Positions 1 through 10,070 of a DNA stretch of 64,000 bases are shown here, in pieces (the stretch's first letter is position 1; each line of letters opens with the position of its first letter). Source of the stretch: a virus. The position numbers and the translations under genes were made by a program. The notes under the pieces were generated by a model. The model saw nothing but the letters and a program-made list of their open reading frames with translations, had not been told where the DNA came from and did no database searches. Where the stretch lies: IMG/VR virus record IMGVR_UViG_3300050821_004765, positions 1 through 64,000 of that record, one strand, 5' to 3'.

Positions 1-655
1 ACAGATAATTAAACCATGGCTCTGGTAAAACTTGAACCATGGAAAGTGTGGGATATTCCATTGGCTCGAATTCGGCATCGCGCCATTCATATCTAGCATC
101 ATTTGCGTCAGGATTTATGCTAGGATAAACTACCATAAATCGGTGACGCTTCTGAATGATGTCGATATTTGAGCTAGCTTTACCGAGAAACCTATAACCG
201 GCTGGCACCAAGTATAGGGCAATATAACTCGTTGTGCCAGAATCCCAGCGTGACGAACTACGGACAGTTGGGGGCAGCTTGCCTAAATTATTCTCAATAT
301 CTTGCAGCTGCTTATAGCCATCTTTGTCTTTATAGTTGTCGACATCGATACCAATTAGTTCCCAGCCGGTGACAATTTGCCCACCATATACAGCTGGCAA
401 TTCCACATTATCTGGGACTTCAACTTTACTGAGACGTAGGCCGATATTGCCCTTGTCTACAAACTTGTCATGATGTGAATCACACCACTCTTTGATATCG
501 GCTATGCTGGGCGGTTTGCCACGGGCTCCTGTGAAGCCTTTTGGCGGTGGGCCCTTTAGCCCAGCCGGGAGCGGTATTGTACCGGTGAAGCCCGACTGAT
601 AATAATATTTGACTGCGTAAAGAAAAGGTTCGTCAGTTGTAGGTCCATTAGGCAT
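1..655 (-). CDS. Bifunctional DNA primase/polymerase (prim-pol), N-terminal part; runs off the window edge
   Basis: Hand translation from ATG 655: ...IPLPAGLKGPPPKGFTG...GNIGLRL...LIGIDVDNY...HRFMVVYPS; these are prim-pol motifs (NIG, IDVD, V.PS); open to position 1. Confidence 0.85.
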   Translation of the reverse strand, partial: MPNGPTTDEPFLYAVKYYYQSGFTGTIPLPAGLKGPPPKGFTGARGKPPSIADIKEWCDSHHDKFVDKGNIGLRLSKVEVPDNVELPAVYGGQIVTGWELIGIDVDNYKDKDGYKQLQDIENNLGKLPPTVRSSSRWDSGTTSYIALYLVPAGYRFLGKASSNIDIIQKRHRFMVVYPSINPDANDARYEWRDAEFEPMEYPTLSMVQVLPEPWFNYL

Positions 656-748
656 CCTTGCCAGTCTTTCCCGCCAGGGCAGCGCTCAGTCTGCTAAGTT
701 TACCGGTCGTGAGTGCGCGCCGGTCATCGGTCTATGCCTAATGGTTAT

Positions 749-1189
749 TTAGTTATTGGCTGGTGCTGCAATTACTTCCTTAGCTTCTGCTAGAAGCTCA
801 GGGTTTTCAAAAATAGTGCGTACGCAATCGGCTAGCATAGCAGCCAGCATATTTGCAGTGAGCAACGGCGGGGCCTGAATAAAGTGTGCCACAAGATCGG
901 CATAACCGAAGTGGCTAAATGCTTCATTGTTTTCATCGCCGCGTGCGACGATTGATTCCACGAGCTTATGAATCATGACATCACAAACCGCGTCCATGCT
1001 GTCAAGTGCTTTATCGAGGTACTTGTGTAGATCTTCGTCAACTTCATTGACATCGAGCTGACGAAACTCAACCGGTTTATCGGGAGATAGATCCATTGCC
1101 ACAGGAGTTACATTACAATGAGTCTGGCCATTATCGAGCGTGGTAATTTCGGGGAACAATCCGAAGTGCTCATATGGGTTCTTGCTCAC
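749..1189 (-). CDS. Hypothetical protein
   Basis: 146-aa ORF coupled to the upstream ORF. Confidence 0.65.
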   Translation of the reverse strand: MSKNPYEHFGLFPEITTLDNGQTHCNVTPVAMDLSPDKPVEFRQLDVNEVDEDLHKYLDKALDSMDAVCDVMIHKLVESIVARGDENNEAFSHFGYADLVAHFIQAPPLLTANMLAAMLADCVRTIFENPELLAEAKEVIAAPANN

Positions 1190-1533
1190 TGGCTTCTCCT
1201 GTTACTAAATAGTTGTTTTGTTGGTTGGTACCACGCATCAACTTGATTAATGATGCGCATAAAACTAAGTTTCTCTGACAGCAGTAATTTCACCAAACCA
1301 AAATGGGCAGGTGTGCCAGCCACAGCTGTGGAGTCCCCAACAGAATTCGCCGCAGACAACTTTGCCGCTTCTTGTGGCGTAATTATTACCGTCTGTTTGC
1401 AATCGTTGCAAACTAGCATCGTGTCGCCCTGTTTCGCGTACAGGAAGCGATGTTGGTGGGGTAGTTCGGGCTGCTGGCGACAAGCGGTGCACAAACCGCT
1501 TGAATCTCGCCAAAAGTGCGGACATGCGCCCAT
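1186..1533 (-). CDS. Hypothetical protein with CxxC pairs
   Basis: CTAC and CNDC motifs; tandem operon arrangement. Confidence 0.55.
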   Translation of the reverse strand: MGACPHFWRDSSGLCTACRQQPELPHQHRFLYAKQGDTMLVCNDCKQTVIITPQEAAKLSAANSVGDSTAVAGTPAHFGLVKLLLSEKLSFMRIINQVDAWYQPTKQLFSNRRSQ

Positions 1534-1542
1534 CCCCCTAGT

Positions 1543-1794
1543 CTAACCCTGCTTGGCGCGCCGCGCCTCTAACTGGTTGGCCTGGAATTCGCTGTAGATA
1601 TTGCCGAAGTTAAGCGAGTCATACTCGCCGAGATACATCGTAAACAGGCTGGTCACAGCCTGTTCGCGCGTGTTATAGCCCGGTTCCGGCGACCGCGCAA
1701 TGTCCTTGGCTTCGCCGGCATCATCTATGCTGCTGATCTTCCAGTGCCATTTGTCAAGCACATCTTGTTCAACAGTGATCTGATTTACTGCCAC
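1543..1794 (-). CDS. Hypothetical protein
   Basis: 83-aa ORF in operon. Confidence 0.6.
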   Translation of the reverse strand: MAVNQITVEQDVLDKWHWKISSIDDAGEAKDIARSPEPGYNTREQAVTSLFTMYLGEYDSLNFGNIYSEFQANQLEARRAKQG

Positions 1795-2183
1795 CGATCC
1801 ATCCCATCATCATAGTCGTGAAAATTCGGCATTGTCTCGGCGGGGTATTGACCTTCATATATGCCATCTTGCGCATACTGTTGATTCTCGTAGTCAGCGC
1901 GATGCCGATACGCTGCCATTTGGCGTTCCCATTCCAATTTAGCGCGACGATTTAATTGGGATAGGCTATATACAAAGCGAGCTATTGCAATAGCGGCCCC
2001 TACAAATGCAAACAATATATAAATGCCCATAGTTGCCTTGGGGTCTGCAATGAAACCCCCGACTGTAGCACAAATAGCAATTACAGTAATAAACGCCAAC
2101 GGGTTGCCAAAGCCGTAGTCGCCACGACCTCGACCTTCATAAGCAGTTACTATCTGTATGTTATTTCGGTTGCTCGCTTTCAT
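1785..2183 (-). CDS. Membrane protein (2 TM)
   Basis: Two hydrophobic stretches LAFITVIAICATVGGFIA and MGIYILFAFVGAAIAIA. Confidence 0.7.
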   Translation of the reverse strand: MKASNRNNIQIVTAYEGRGRGDYGFGNPLAFITVIAICATVGGFIADPKATMGIYILFAFVGAAIAIARFVYSLSQLNRRAKLEWERQMAAYRHRADYENQQYAQDGIYEGQYPAETMPNFHDYDDGMDRWQ

Positions 2184-2442
2184 CGAAAATGTATCCTTCT
2201 GCCATTGCGCCGATAATTATCAGACGGCGTACCGTCTCACTTGTGCTGCGTCCGCCATAACGTCCTGTGTATTCCTCCAAGAATCGCGCTAGCTCTAATT
2301 CCACATAAGAGCCAACTTTAATCGTACGGGCGGATTGTGGCAGCAAAGGAATCGGTAGCATTGGGTGCCCAAGGTAGGGCTGAGCCGATGCGAGTCGATC
2401 GGCCAACTTCTTTTTGAAGTCCTCGGCCGTGAAGCTTGGCAT
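2161..2442 (-). CDS. Ribbon-helix-helix-like DNA-binding protein
   Basis: RTIKVGSYVELELARFLEEY...STSETVRRLI pattern; RBS GAGGA; first gene after promoter 2486-2520. Confidence 0.55.
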   Translation of the reverse strand: MPSFTAEDFKKKLADRLASAQPYLGHPMLPIPLLPQSARTIKVGSYVELELARFLEEYTGRYGGRSTSETVRRLIIIGAMAEGYIFDESEQPK

Positions 2443-2485
2443 TTTATTTCCTCTGTTTTACTTATTAGTTATTGCCACAAACTCT

Positions 2486-2520
2486 ATTATACCGTATCAG
2501 ACCGTCTTAGTCTAGTCCGA
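2486..2520 (-). promoter_or_regulatory. SigA-like promoter, TAGACT-N17-TATAAT, preceded by TCGGAC
   Basis: Minus strand TCGGAC TAGACT aagacggtctgatacgg TATAAT. Confidence 0.8.
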
Positions 2521-2522
2521 CT

Positions 2523-3200
2523 TTATACATAAGCTCCGTTACGTCCGAATAGATGTGGCCAAGCCAGTGCCCGAAGTTTTTCGCTTTGTTTGGCTCTACG
2601 CAGAAAGAGGATGGCATGCCGATCAGCATCCCTAGCATGTTCGAGTCCACCATATTTATCGTACATTCCCCACTCTCGCAACCGTTCGTCGGTACAGGTA
2701 CTTTTGGCATCTGCGGGCGATTGTACATGATAGTCTCTCCCTGATATCCATGTTGAATAACCAATAGCTGCTGTTATCCTGACTGGACTGAGGAGGTCTC
2801 GGTCCATACGGAGCTGCCGAAGTGTGAAATCCTCAATGACAACGGCCGCACTGGGCCAACTATGAATAAACTTGGCAATATCGTATATACCAGAAAATTC
2901 TCCATCCGTACTGATACCACTGTGCAATGTGGTTGCGAGATTACCTCGATGTGTGCCGCAGTCCACTTGTCCATGTTGATGAGAGATGATATTATCAAGA
3001 ATGCGAGCATCAGACTCCTGTAAGACCTCGGGGATGACGCTTATCATGCTCCATCCGGTGGTGCCTCCAGGATCTATTGCAATGATGGAGGCTATGTCAT
3101 AATTGAGTTCTTCTTCTTTGATATAGCCACGTCTGCGCCTGGTGAATTTTGACAGATCAATTGTAGCTATACCCCTGCGCGGGAGAGAAGATGTTGACAA
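2523..3200 (-). CDS. RuvC-like Holliday junction resolvase
   Basis: IAIDPGGTTGW, VVIEDF and HARDA acidic catalytic motifs. Confidence 0.8.
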   Translation of the reverse strand: MSTSSLPRRGIATIDLSKFTRRRRGYIKEEELNYDIASIIAIDPGGTTGWSMISVIPEVLQESDARILDNIISHQHGQVDCGTHRGNLATTLHSGISTDGEFSGIYDIAKFIHSWPSAAVVIEDFTLRQLRMDRDLLSPVRITAAIGYSTWISGRDYHVQSPADAKSTCTDERLREWGMYDKYGGLEHARDADRHAILFLRRAKQSEKLRALAWPHLFGRNGAYV

Positions 3201-3244
3201 CCTAGCCTCCTACTCGACGGTGAGAAGGCGCTACCCGCCACAGG

Positions 3245-3454
3245 TTAATTGTCGGTCTTGCTTCCGTTATTTTGTTTTACATTGATGATCTTGCTGACCT
3301 TGATCTCCAGTCCAGAAAGCGCCTTTCTAGCATCAGTAAAGCTCTCGCCGACTAGAACAAACCTCTTTGTCTCAATGTAGTATACTGCCGATGCCTGGCC
3401 AAATCTATTCACGACCTTTTCACCGGCGGGGATGATATTAGGCTGTTCGTTCAT
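3245..3454 (-). CDS. Hypothetical protein
   Basis: 69-aa ORF in operon. Confidence 0.55.
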   Translation of the reverse strand: MNEQPNIIPAGEKVVNRFGQASAVYYIETKRFVLVGESFTDARKALSGLEIKVSKIINVKQNNGSKTDN

Positions 3455-3632
3455 AGTTCACCATATTCATAATTTCCATTAAGTTTTCAAGAACAGGCAC
3501 CAAACTACCATCTGATAAAGTCAATACAGTACCGTCACCACCGGTGAGATAGGGCTCATATCTGATGATATGGGACACGCCAAAGCCCGTTTTATGGGTA
3601 TTACCTTCTACGGTTAAAGCCACAACTTTCAT
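3438..3632 (-). CDS. Hypothetical protein
   Basis: ATG 3632 overlaps the ThyX stop (ATGA). Confidence 0.55.
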   Translation of the reverse strand: MKVVALTVEGNTHKTGFGVSHIIRYEPYLTGGDGTVLTLSDGSLVPVLENLMEIMNMVNYERTA

Positions 3633-4708
3633 TGACGTGCTGCCTTCGGATCTGCAAGCCATTCGACATCATGAATGCTACAAATTTGGATGTCATCACG
3701 TTCAGTGAACGATTCGCCCCATTCACTACTGGGTCGGCCAATTTCGCTATTAGCCTGCACTCGATCTCGAATAGAGCAAAAGCGGTCGCCAGCGCTCATG
3801 AATTCGCACTTGCCGGTTTTGTAACAAATTGGCTTAAACAGGTTGGCAATTTCATCGAACTGCCACTGTGCTGGATGCATTTCTTGCCAGTATGGCATTG
3901 TTTGGTATATCTGATGCTGACCATACTCGCGAATGGCCTTGATAATCTCCACCCAAACTAGCCGCCATTCGAACTGGGCTTGAGTGCACAAACGTAGTCC
4001 TGCGTGGTCAATAAGATGGCGCAATGACGTGGTGTAGTTGAGCTGCGTGAGCACGGAAGTAGGCGCCAGTCCGCGGGCATCTTCAGCAGGCATTCCACTG
4101 TTGACGAGATTGTTATAGGCGTGCCCAATGGTTTTGACTGTTGCATCCCACTCCCGTCGCCATATCTGCTGGGGTTTCGCTTGCTCTTGCGCATACTTAT
4201 CAACTAAACGTACACGTTCATAATTTTCTGATTCATCTTGAAGTGATTGCAAATTCAAATTACCCAATCCACCAGGGAACAGCTCGCCAGCACACTTGGC
4301 AACCCAGTCTTTCCATGGTAATGTCCCTGCCAGGCTTGGCGGCAAGGCAACGGGCATGGTTTCTTTTACTGCGAATCGCATGGACTCTTGAGCATAGCAA
4401 GCTGTACGCTGACGTACCATTTGGTGGGTGAATCCCCGCGTGACTCCCGTAATACGGAAATGGAAGTGCACAAATTCCAAAGGAGCAAGCAATACGTTTT
4501 TGCGAACGTCGGCAAGGAAAAATCGTCGTTCGTCGTCTGTGATTTCAGCCAGGGACGAATGAAACCGTCCCTGATAAGTGTGGGCAGCGGCAGCAATGGT
4601 GCCCAATGGATCAGGTGTGCAGCTAAGAAGTTGGACTTTGGGGCCTTCATTGGTCTGCTCCTCAGCTGCAAACATGGCGGGGTCTACCCACTTTTGCACT
4701 TCATTCAT
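3629..4708 (-). CDS. thyX: ThyX-like flavin-dependent thymidylate synthase
   Basis: PLEFVHFHFRITGVTRGFTHQMVRQRTACYAQESMRF (ThyX motif, with RQR for RHR), EDARGLAP, RLCTQAQFEW; start moved to MNEVQK at 4708. Confidence 0.9.
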   Translation of the reverse strand: MNEVQKWVDPAMFAAEEQTNEGPKVQLLSCTPDPLGTIAAAAHTYQGRFHSSLAEITDDERRFFLADVRKNVLLAPLEFVHFHFRITGVTRGFTHQMVRQRTACYAQESMRFAVKETMPVALPPSLAGTLPWKDWVAKCAGELFPGGLGNLNLQSLQDESENYERVRLVDKYAQEQAKPQQIWRREWDATVKTIGHAYNNLVNSGMPAEDARGLAPTSVLTQLNYTTSLRHLIDHAGLRLCTQAQFEWRLVWVEIIKAIREYGQHQIYQTMPYWQEMHPAQWQFDEIANLFKPICYKTGKCEFMSAGDRFCSIRDRVQANSEIGRPSSEWGESFTERDDIQICSIHDVEWLADPKAARQ

Positions 4709-5024
4709 CGCTGGCCTCCTGGGGCTCTGGATCAATATCGACTGGGCCTGTGTACATTGCCTCAATGTTGAGACCTGTCAGGTACTGGTATTCTTTGCCA
4801 ATAAGTTCATTGACAGGAATGATGAAGTATGGACTACCTTCATCTGGCGTTACTAACTGTGGTACAATACCAATTTTTTCAAGAGACTTGATAATTGGCT
4901 CATGCGCTGGCTTGGCATTCAGCTTGTCCAAGAACTTGCCAATGCCAGATACTGCACCATTCAAGTCTGGTGTTGGGCCAGACGCTTTCGATCCCACGTC
5001 CAGTCGTCTCTTTGCCTCGCCCAT
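4701..5024 (-). CDS. Hypothetical protein
   Basis: 107-aa coupled ORF. Confidence 0.6.
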   Translation of the reverse strand: MGEAKRRLDVGSKASGPTPDLNGAVSGIGKFLDKLNAKPAHEPIIKSLEKIGIVPQLVTPDEGSPYFIIPVNELIGKEYQYLTGLNIEAMYTGPVDIDPEPQEASDE

Positions 5025-5371
5025 TAGCTGCCTTCCCAGTTTCTGTCATATTTCACGTGGCAACTCCTGCATCTTGGTTCATAGCTATCCATTTCCCACT
5101 CGTCACTTTCATGGATTTGCGACCAATCATGTGCTTGATCTCCACAGTCAACACAGTCGTGCTCTTTAGCTTTGCCCTTTTGACGTTCAATTCTACTGTG
5201 AATTGATCGTTTTGATATAGATTTGCCAGCCCAGTTGTGACTTTCCTCTCCTTGTTTAGGAGCAGTATGCCTTTTGCATGTACAACCGTCTAAGCAAATA
5301 TCAAGACGCCCAATAGCATGACGACCACAGGTACAATCAGGTTCGCATTTTCTTCCGATATAATTTGCCAT
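5024..5371 (-). CDS. HNH-like endonuclease with N-terminal CxxxCxCxRH repeats
   Basis: CVDC...W...SYEPRCRSCHVKYD; two CxxxCTCxRH repeats. Confidence 0.7.
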   Translation of the reverse strand: MANYIGRKCEPDCTCGRHAIGRLDICLDGCTCKRHTAPKQGEESHNWAGKSISKRSIHSRIERQKGKAKEHDCVDCGDQAHDWSQIHESDEWEMDSYEPRCRSCHVKYDRNWEGS

Positions 5372-7707
5372 TAGTCAATTACCACTACATGCATAGATTT
5401 AACTTGAATACTTGTACCAAATCCTTCACGCTTTTTGCCTGCTGCAACAATTGCGTCTTTACCTATTTCAAGGTCTTCAATGGCCTGTTGAAACTTAGGA
5501 AAAGACCATCGATTAAATCTTAGGTACACTTCTTCATCAAATTCGTCACGGCATTTAATAGTTGCAGATTTAAGAAGGTGAGGGTCTTTCATTTCAGAAA
5601 GAATCTCTTCAACGCTCTTGCCACTTCTGGCGCGCTCATCTTCCACATAGTCCTTATACTCAACGGTATAGGGAATACCGGCCCAGACGACCGCGTGCTC
5701 GCCCTCCCGAGGGAGTGTATCAGACCTGTGGGTCGGCGTCGGTAGGTAGTCGGGGTTATCCTTCTTACAGGCCTTCCGCAATTCCTTCATTTTCGCCGAC
5801 ATGATATTTAGGCCAAATGGATCTGATCCTTCAGCAAAATCTCGGATCTTTTCCATGGTCTTTGGCCCAATACGCGACACATTGATTAGGTCGTCCCAGT
5901 CGGGTTCGCGATCCCAATAGCTGTTATCAAGGTAGTCCAGTATGTTATCTGCGGTTTTGTCGCCAATGCCCGGAACTTGCAAGAATCCTGCAATGATGCC
6001 GTTATCGGCAGCTTCCCAATTCTTCCCAGATAGCGTTATGCTCGGCGGGGCAATCTTAAGCCCATGCCGCATCGCATCCTTCAGCGATCTAGTGCGTTTG
6101 TATACTGTCTTGTCATCATTGCCATTGCCGGTTTTCCGTAGTGCTGCGGCATAGAATGCGGTCTGGTGATGTTGTTTTATCCACATCTGCCAAAACGCTA
6201 GCATCGAGTAGGAAATACAGTGGGCAATGTTGAATGAGTACGTTGCGGAGGTCGCCATGAAGCGCCAAATTCTGCGGGCCTGTTCCTTTGTACACCCATG
6301 CTCCTTAATCGCATTATCTTCAAATTGCTGATACATGGACTCGAACTGGGCTTCGCCAAGCTTTTGTGAAATGATCTGTCGGATAGCGTGTACTTTTGTC
6401 ATTGGGAACCCGCCAAGCTCCCGGATAATACTTAGCACTTGCTCCTGGTAAATAATCTGTCCGTAAGTGAACTCAGTATGTTTATCAACAATGGGGTGGT
6501 AATTTTCAATTGTTTTGCGCCCATGTTTAATGTCAACATATTGGGCCGCCATACCAGAGAACAACGGACCTGGCCGCGATAGCGCATTGATATCCGCCAG
6601 ATGTTGAAAGTGATCTGGGACCACGTCCCGACAAACGAGACGAGTGGCACGCCCTTCAAATTGGAAAATTCCAACAACGTCATTCTTGCGGAAGGCTGCC
6701 AAAGTACGCTTATCATCAAGCGGCACACGGTATAAGTCTTCAAGGTCCATTCCTATGATGTCGAGGGCTTGCCCGATCATGCCCATAGTTGACAACCCCA
6801 GAATATCCTGTTTCAGGAAGCCCAGACTAGCGCTATCTTTTTTGTCGTATGCAATAACTTCGGCTTGTCGACCTGCAACTTCCCGGGTGTAAACTGCACA
6901 AAAGTCTGTGATTGGTCGATTAGAAATAACAAGCCCAGCGGCGTGTACGCCCATTCCACGGTAATTGCCTTCGAGCCTAACAGCATTTGTAAGTTGTGGA
7001 TGTTTATCGAGGACCGCCATCGCCTTGGGAAACATAGCAAAGGTATCCTCAAGGCTATCATCGGCTCTTGAGTCGCCGCCAGACCGCTCGATGATGAGAT
7101 TCTTAACAACTTCGCAATCCCACTTTGGAATATGGTAGACTCGTGCCACGTCATCTATCGAGTTCTTTCCCTTGTATTTCGTGAAGTTGCCAATATGGCC
7201 AACGTTTGCCACTCCGTACCTGGAACCAGCATAAGCGAAAACTTCATGCCGCCGATCATCGGAGAAATCCAGGTCAATATCTGGTAATTCATCGCGCGTT
7301 GGATCAATGAAGCGCTCGAATAGCATATGTTCATGCTGAAGTGGGTCGACTTCAGTAATTCGTAATAGGTAACACACCAATGAAGCTGCAGCAGATCCGC
7401 GTGCTGGCCCCACCGGAATTTTATGGTCTTTTGCCCATCTGACGATGTCACTTGTGACCAAGAAGTAGTCCACAAAGCCTTTGCTGATGATAAGATTGAG
7501 TTCATGCTCAACTCTCGCAATGTAATCACCCCGCCTGGTGTGCAGAAATGTGTTGCCGGTCCGTTGTAACCGAAAGGTCCAGCCGAAATTTAGCCACTCC
7601 CGAATAAGGGCAATAGCTTCCGGTGAAGATTTATCATAGCGATCTGCGAGTACACGCCCAGATGCTTCATCGACTTTAATGCCTTGGGCTTGCTCTATGC
7701 TAGTCAT
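5371..7707 (-). CDS. dnaE: DnaE-like DNA polymerase III alpha, polymerase-core part of a split gene
   Basis: GPARGSAAASLV, FERF, PDIDLD, HAAG, KQDILGL, GIFQFE, YQEQ and YSFN motifs; ATG 7707 overlaps the HNH stop. Confidence 0.92.
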   Translation of the reverse strand: MTSIEQAQGIKVDEASGRVLADRYDKSSPEAIALIREWLNFGWTFRLQRTGNTFLHTRRGDYIARVEHELNLIISKGFVDYFLVTSDIVRWAKDHKIPVGPARGSAAASLVCYLLRITEVDPLQHEHMLFERFIDPTRDELPDIDLDFSDDRRHEVFAYAGSRYGVANVGHIGNFTKYKGKNSIDDVARVYHIPKWDCEVVKNLIIERSGGDSRADDSLEDTFAMFPKAMAVLDKHPQLTNAVRLEGNYRGMGVHAAGLVISNRPITDFCAVYTREVAGRQAEVIAYDKKDSASLGFLKQDILGLSTMGMIGQALDIIGMDLEDLYRVPLDDKRTLAAFRKNDVVGIFQFEGRATRLVCRDVVPDHFQHLADINALSRPGPLFSGMAAQYVDIKHGRKTIENYHPIVDKHTEFTYGQIIYQEQVLSIIRELGGFPMTKVHAIRQIISQKLGEAQFESMYQQFEDNAIKEHGCTKEQARRIWRFMATSATYSFNIAHCISYSMLAFWQMWIKQHHQTAFYAAALRKTGNGNDDKTVYKRTRSLKDAMRHGLKIAPPSITLSGKNWEAADNGIIAGFLQVPGIGDKTADNILDYLDNSYWDREPDWDDLINVSRIGPKTMEKIRDFAEGSDPFGLNIMSAKMKELRKACKKDNPDYLPTPTHRSDTLPREGEHAVVWAGIPYTVEYKDYVEDERARSGKSVEEILSEMKDPHLLKSATIKCRDEFDEEVYLRFNRWSFPKFQQAIEDLEIGKDAIVAAGKKREGFGTSIQVKSMHVVVID

Positions 7708-8192
7708 ACCCACGCCCAAGATATACCAACAATAGCTGCCCACATAGTGGCGCGGTTTACTCCAAATTCATAGGCAAGATGTGATGCAGACTCTCCATTG
7801 TTATATCTCTCTCTTGCCAATAAGACTATTTCTTTTGTTAATTTTGCATTGGGTCTATCTGATCCAAGAGGAGTTTTGCCATTCCTTTTTGCATCTTCTT
7901 GATTCTCTAATGCTGTTCCCCACATTAGATTGGATGCTGCATTATTATCTCTGTTGTCATCTATGTGACGGACTTGGAGTCCATTAGGTCGTTCACCGTG
8001 AAATGTTCTACAAATTGCAACATGTATTGGTACAGTATCTTTTACACAAGTAGTACCATCTGGTCGCAAACCTACCCACCAATATCTGGTAGCTTTATTC
8101 CATATCGGAACTAATGGCTTACCACGAACTCCAAATATAGTGCCATCTTCCATGGCCATATGGCGATATCCAGGGATCTTAACTATATCCAT
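7704..8192 (-). mobile_element. HNH homing endonuclease gene between the two dnaE parts
   Basis: HVAICRTFHG...VRHIDDNRDNNAASNLMWGT..EN HNH motif plus C-terminal NAKLT..HTH. Confidence 0.88.
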
Positions 8193-9103
8193 GGCACATG
8201 GTCCCTTTCGCCAATAGGATATTTGATTGTCTCAACTTGTTCTAGGTGAGCGTCACATCTGTCGGCAATACGACCAGTATTTAGTAGCGCTTCTTGTGCG
8301 CCATCTTCTGATAAGCCTGTACCAACAAGTTGCTTGTAGACTTCGTCATCGGAAGTGGGAATTGATAAGAGTATGTCATATTCCCAGCTGGCCTCAACCG
8401 CACTAACAGTAGAACCACGATGTGCAGCGTGCAATATTTTTTGCATTTCGTTGTCGGCAGGATTGACATAATGGCAGTCGCTAGTAGCAACGAGCGGAAT
8501 TCCCGTTTCAGATGCAACGATTTCGAATGCCGGGTTAAGTACGCGAGTTCTATCAAGTCCTTCAAATCTTTGGCACTCCAGATAAAATCTATCACCAAAT
8601 ATGTTCTTGTACCATTCAGCGAGGTTAATGGTATTGCGTAATTGCTTGGTGGTATATCCCCCTCGCTTCTCTCCAAGGCTTTTTCCGCCAAGGAGCGTAC
8701 ACGAGATTGCACTATCCGCGCAGCCTGATAATACGATGAGCCCATCGCTAAATTCCTCTAGTCTATGCATATGCACAGTAGGCCAACGATAAAAGTCTTT
8801 CCAGCTTTGGGTTACCAAACGATTGAGATTCCGTAAACCATCTTGATTCATTGCAATAATGGTCTGGTGAAACTTACGCGACTCTTTCGGCGGGGCAACA
8901 TAGGCCTCTACGCCAAATAATGGTTTAATGTTGTGTTTCTTACATGCTTTTTCTAATTGCACGTGGCTAGAAAGATTGCCATGCTCGGTAAGCGCCATGG
9001 CTTTCATGCCATACTCTGCACAAAATTGAACATGCTCTTCCGGTAATTGAAATCCGTCGCCGTACGAGTGGGTGCTGTGGTGGTGAAGGGACACATATTC
9101 CAT
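8183..9103 (-). CDS. dnaE: DnaE N-terminal PHP domain as a separate gene
   Basis: LHHHSTHSYGDG, ALTEHG, GVEAY, LSGC, ATSDCHY and NTGRIADRC PHP motifs. Confidence 0.92.
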   Translation of the reverse strand: MEYVSLHHHSTHSYGDGFQLPEEHVQFCAEYGMKAMALTEHGNLSSHVQLEKACKKHNIKPLFGVEAYVAPPKESRKFHQTIIAMNQDGLRNLNRLVTQSWKDFYRWPTVHMHRLEEFSDGLIVLSGCADSAISCTLLGGKSLGEKRGGYTTKQLRNTINLAEWYKNIFGDRFYLECQRFEGLDRTRVLNPAFEIVASETGIPLVATSDCHYVNPADNEMQKILHAAHRGSTVSAVEASWEYDILLSIPTSDDEVYKQLVGTGLSEDGAQEALLNTGRIADRCDAHLEQVETIKYPIGERDHVPWI

Positions 9104-9267
9104 TATGCTTTTACCTTTGCCCCTTCCGCTCGCAGGAAATCTATGAAAGCCTCAACATTTGGAAAACCAAAGAATCGGTACAATATCTCCAAATCGCGCT
9201 TATACAGGTATCCGCCATAGCCTACTCTATTGCCCTTCTTTGGGCCATATACGACATCCCTCCGCAT
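9103..9267 (-). CDS. 54-aa hypothetical protein, probably leaderless (not in ORF track)
   Basis: MRRDVVYGPKKG...AKVKA; ATG 6 nt after the -10 box; stop overlaps the PHP-gene ATG. Confidence 0.6.
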   Translation of the reverse strand: MRRDVVYGPKKGNRVGYGGYLYKRDLEILYRFFGFPNVEAFIDFLRAEGAKVKA

Positions 9268-9273
9268 AAGTTA

Positions 9274-9308
9274 ATTATACCGGACAGGACCGTAGAAGTC
9301 TAGTCCGA
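9274..9308 (-). promoter_or_regulatory. SigA-like promoter TAGACT-N17-TATAAT
   Basis: TCGGAC TAGACT tctacggtcctgtccgg TATAAT; the TAG is also the upstream stop codon. Confidence 0.8.
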
Positions 9309-10070
9309 CTTTCTGATCGCTAGCAATAGATGCCCGATCAAATCCATCATCACTTCTTTTGGTTGCTCAAATTTAAGTTCTTCGCCATCCCAAAGTGCAC
9401 GCTTAAGTTTCCACACTTTACGCCAGATATCTACAAACTGCCCACGCGGTCCAAGGCTCTTAACTTCATCACTAATGTCCCCGCCATAATCTTTGCACTT
9501 ACTTAGCCAAAGCTGCAATGTCTGCGGCAATACCTTGATAAGCACGTCTTCGGCAACATTATTCGGCACACCTTCAATGCGCATGTAATATGTCTTGGCG
9601 CCGATATCATATTTGTAATGTACATCTACACCATTACCGGTGATAGCAACTTCCAATGGAGGCGCCATCTTTTTACCATAGGTCATTTCTCCTGGCAATG
9701 GCGTGCTTTTGCTCACAATTTCCTCACTTGGCATCATACCCAGTTGGACTCTTCCTGCGTCGTCGCTATATTTTGCAATAGCAACTTTATCCCATCCATT
9801 TCTAAGAAATTGCGATAGAGTGCTCCATGGATCATATACTTGCAAGCTAGCTTCACGATATTCTTCATAGCAAATTTGCCCGGAACATTTATCAGGATGA
9901 TCTAGCTTTGCTTGTACCAGATCTAGTTTTGCTACGGCACGCCAACAATCTTTTTCTGTATATTCATTATCCCAACTTGGAATCACTGCCCAATCTTTTG
10001 TTGCTTTGTGATATGCACCATGACAGCGAATTGCTAGGTAATCTGGATTACCCGTGACATTCTGTTTCAT
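9300..10070 (-). CDS. Protein with C-terminal Nmad1/DUF1599-like (MazG-fold) domain
   Basis: KCKDYG...LGPRGQFVDIWRKVWKLK...EVMMDLIGHLLL pattern; ATGA coupling to the oxidoreductase. Confidence 0.6.
   Translation of the reverse strand: MKQNVTGNPDYLAIRCHGAYHKATKDWAVIPSWDNEYTEKDCWRAVAKLDLVQAKLDHPDKCSGQICYEEYREASLQVYDPWSTLSQFLRNGWDKVAIAKYSDDAGRVQLGMMPSEEIVSKSTPLPGEMTYGKKMAPPLEVAITGNGVDVHYKYDIGAKTYYMRIEGVPNNVAEDVLIKVLPQTLQLWLSKCKDYGGDISDEVKSLGPRGQFVDIWRKVWKLKRALWDGEELKFEQPKEVMMDLIGHLLLAIRKSD

Noticed and set aside
7700-8200. Group I intron or split intein in dnaE
   Set aside because: The HNH ORF overlaps both flanking genes, leaving no space for intron core elements; no Cys/Ser start or His-Asn end typical of inteins
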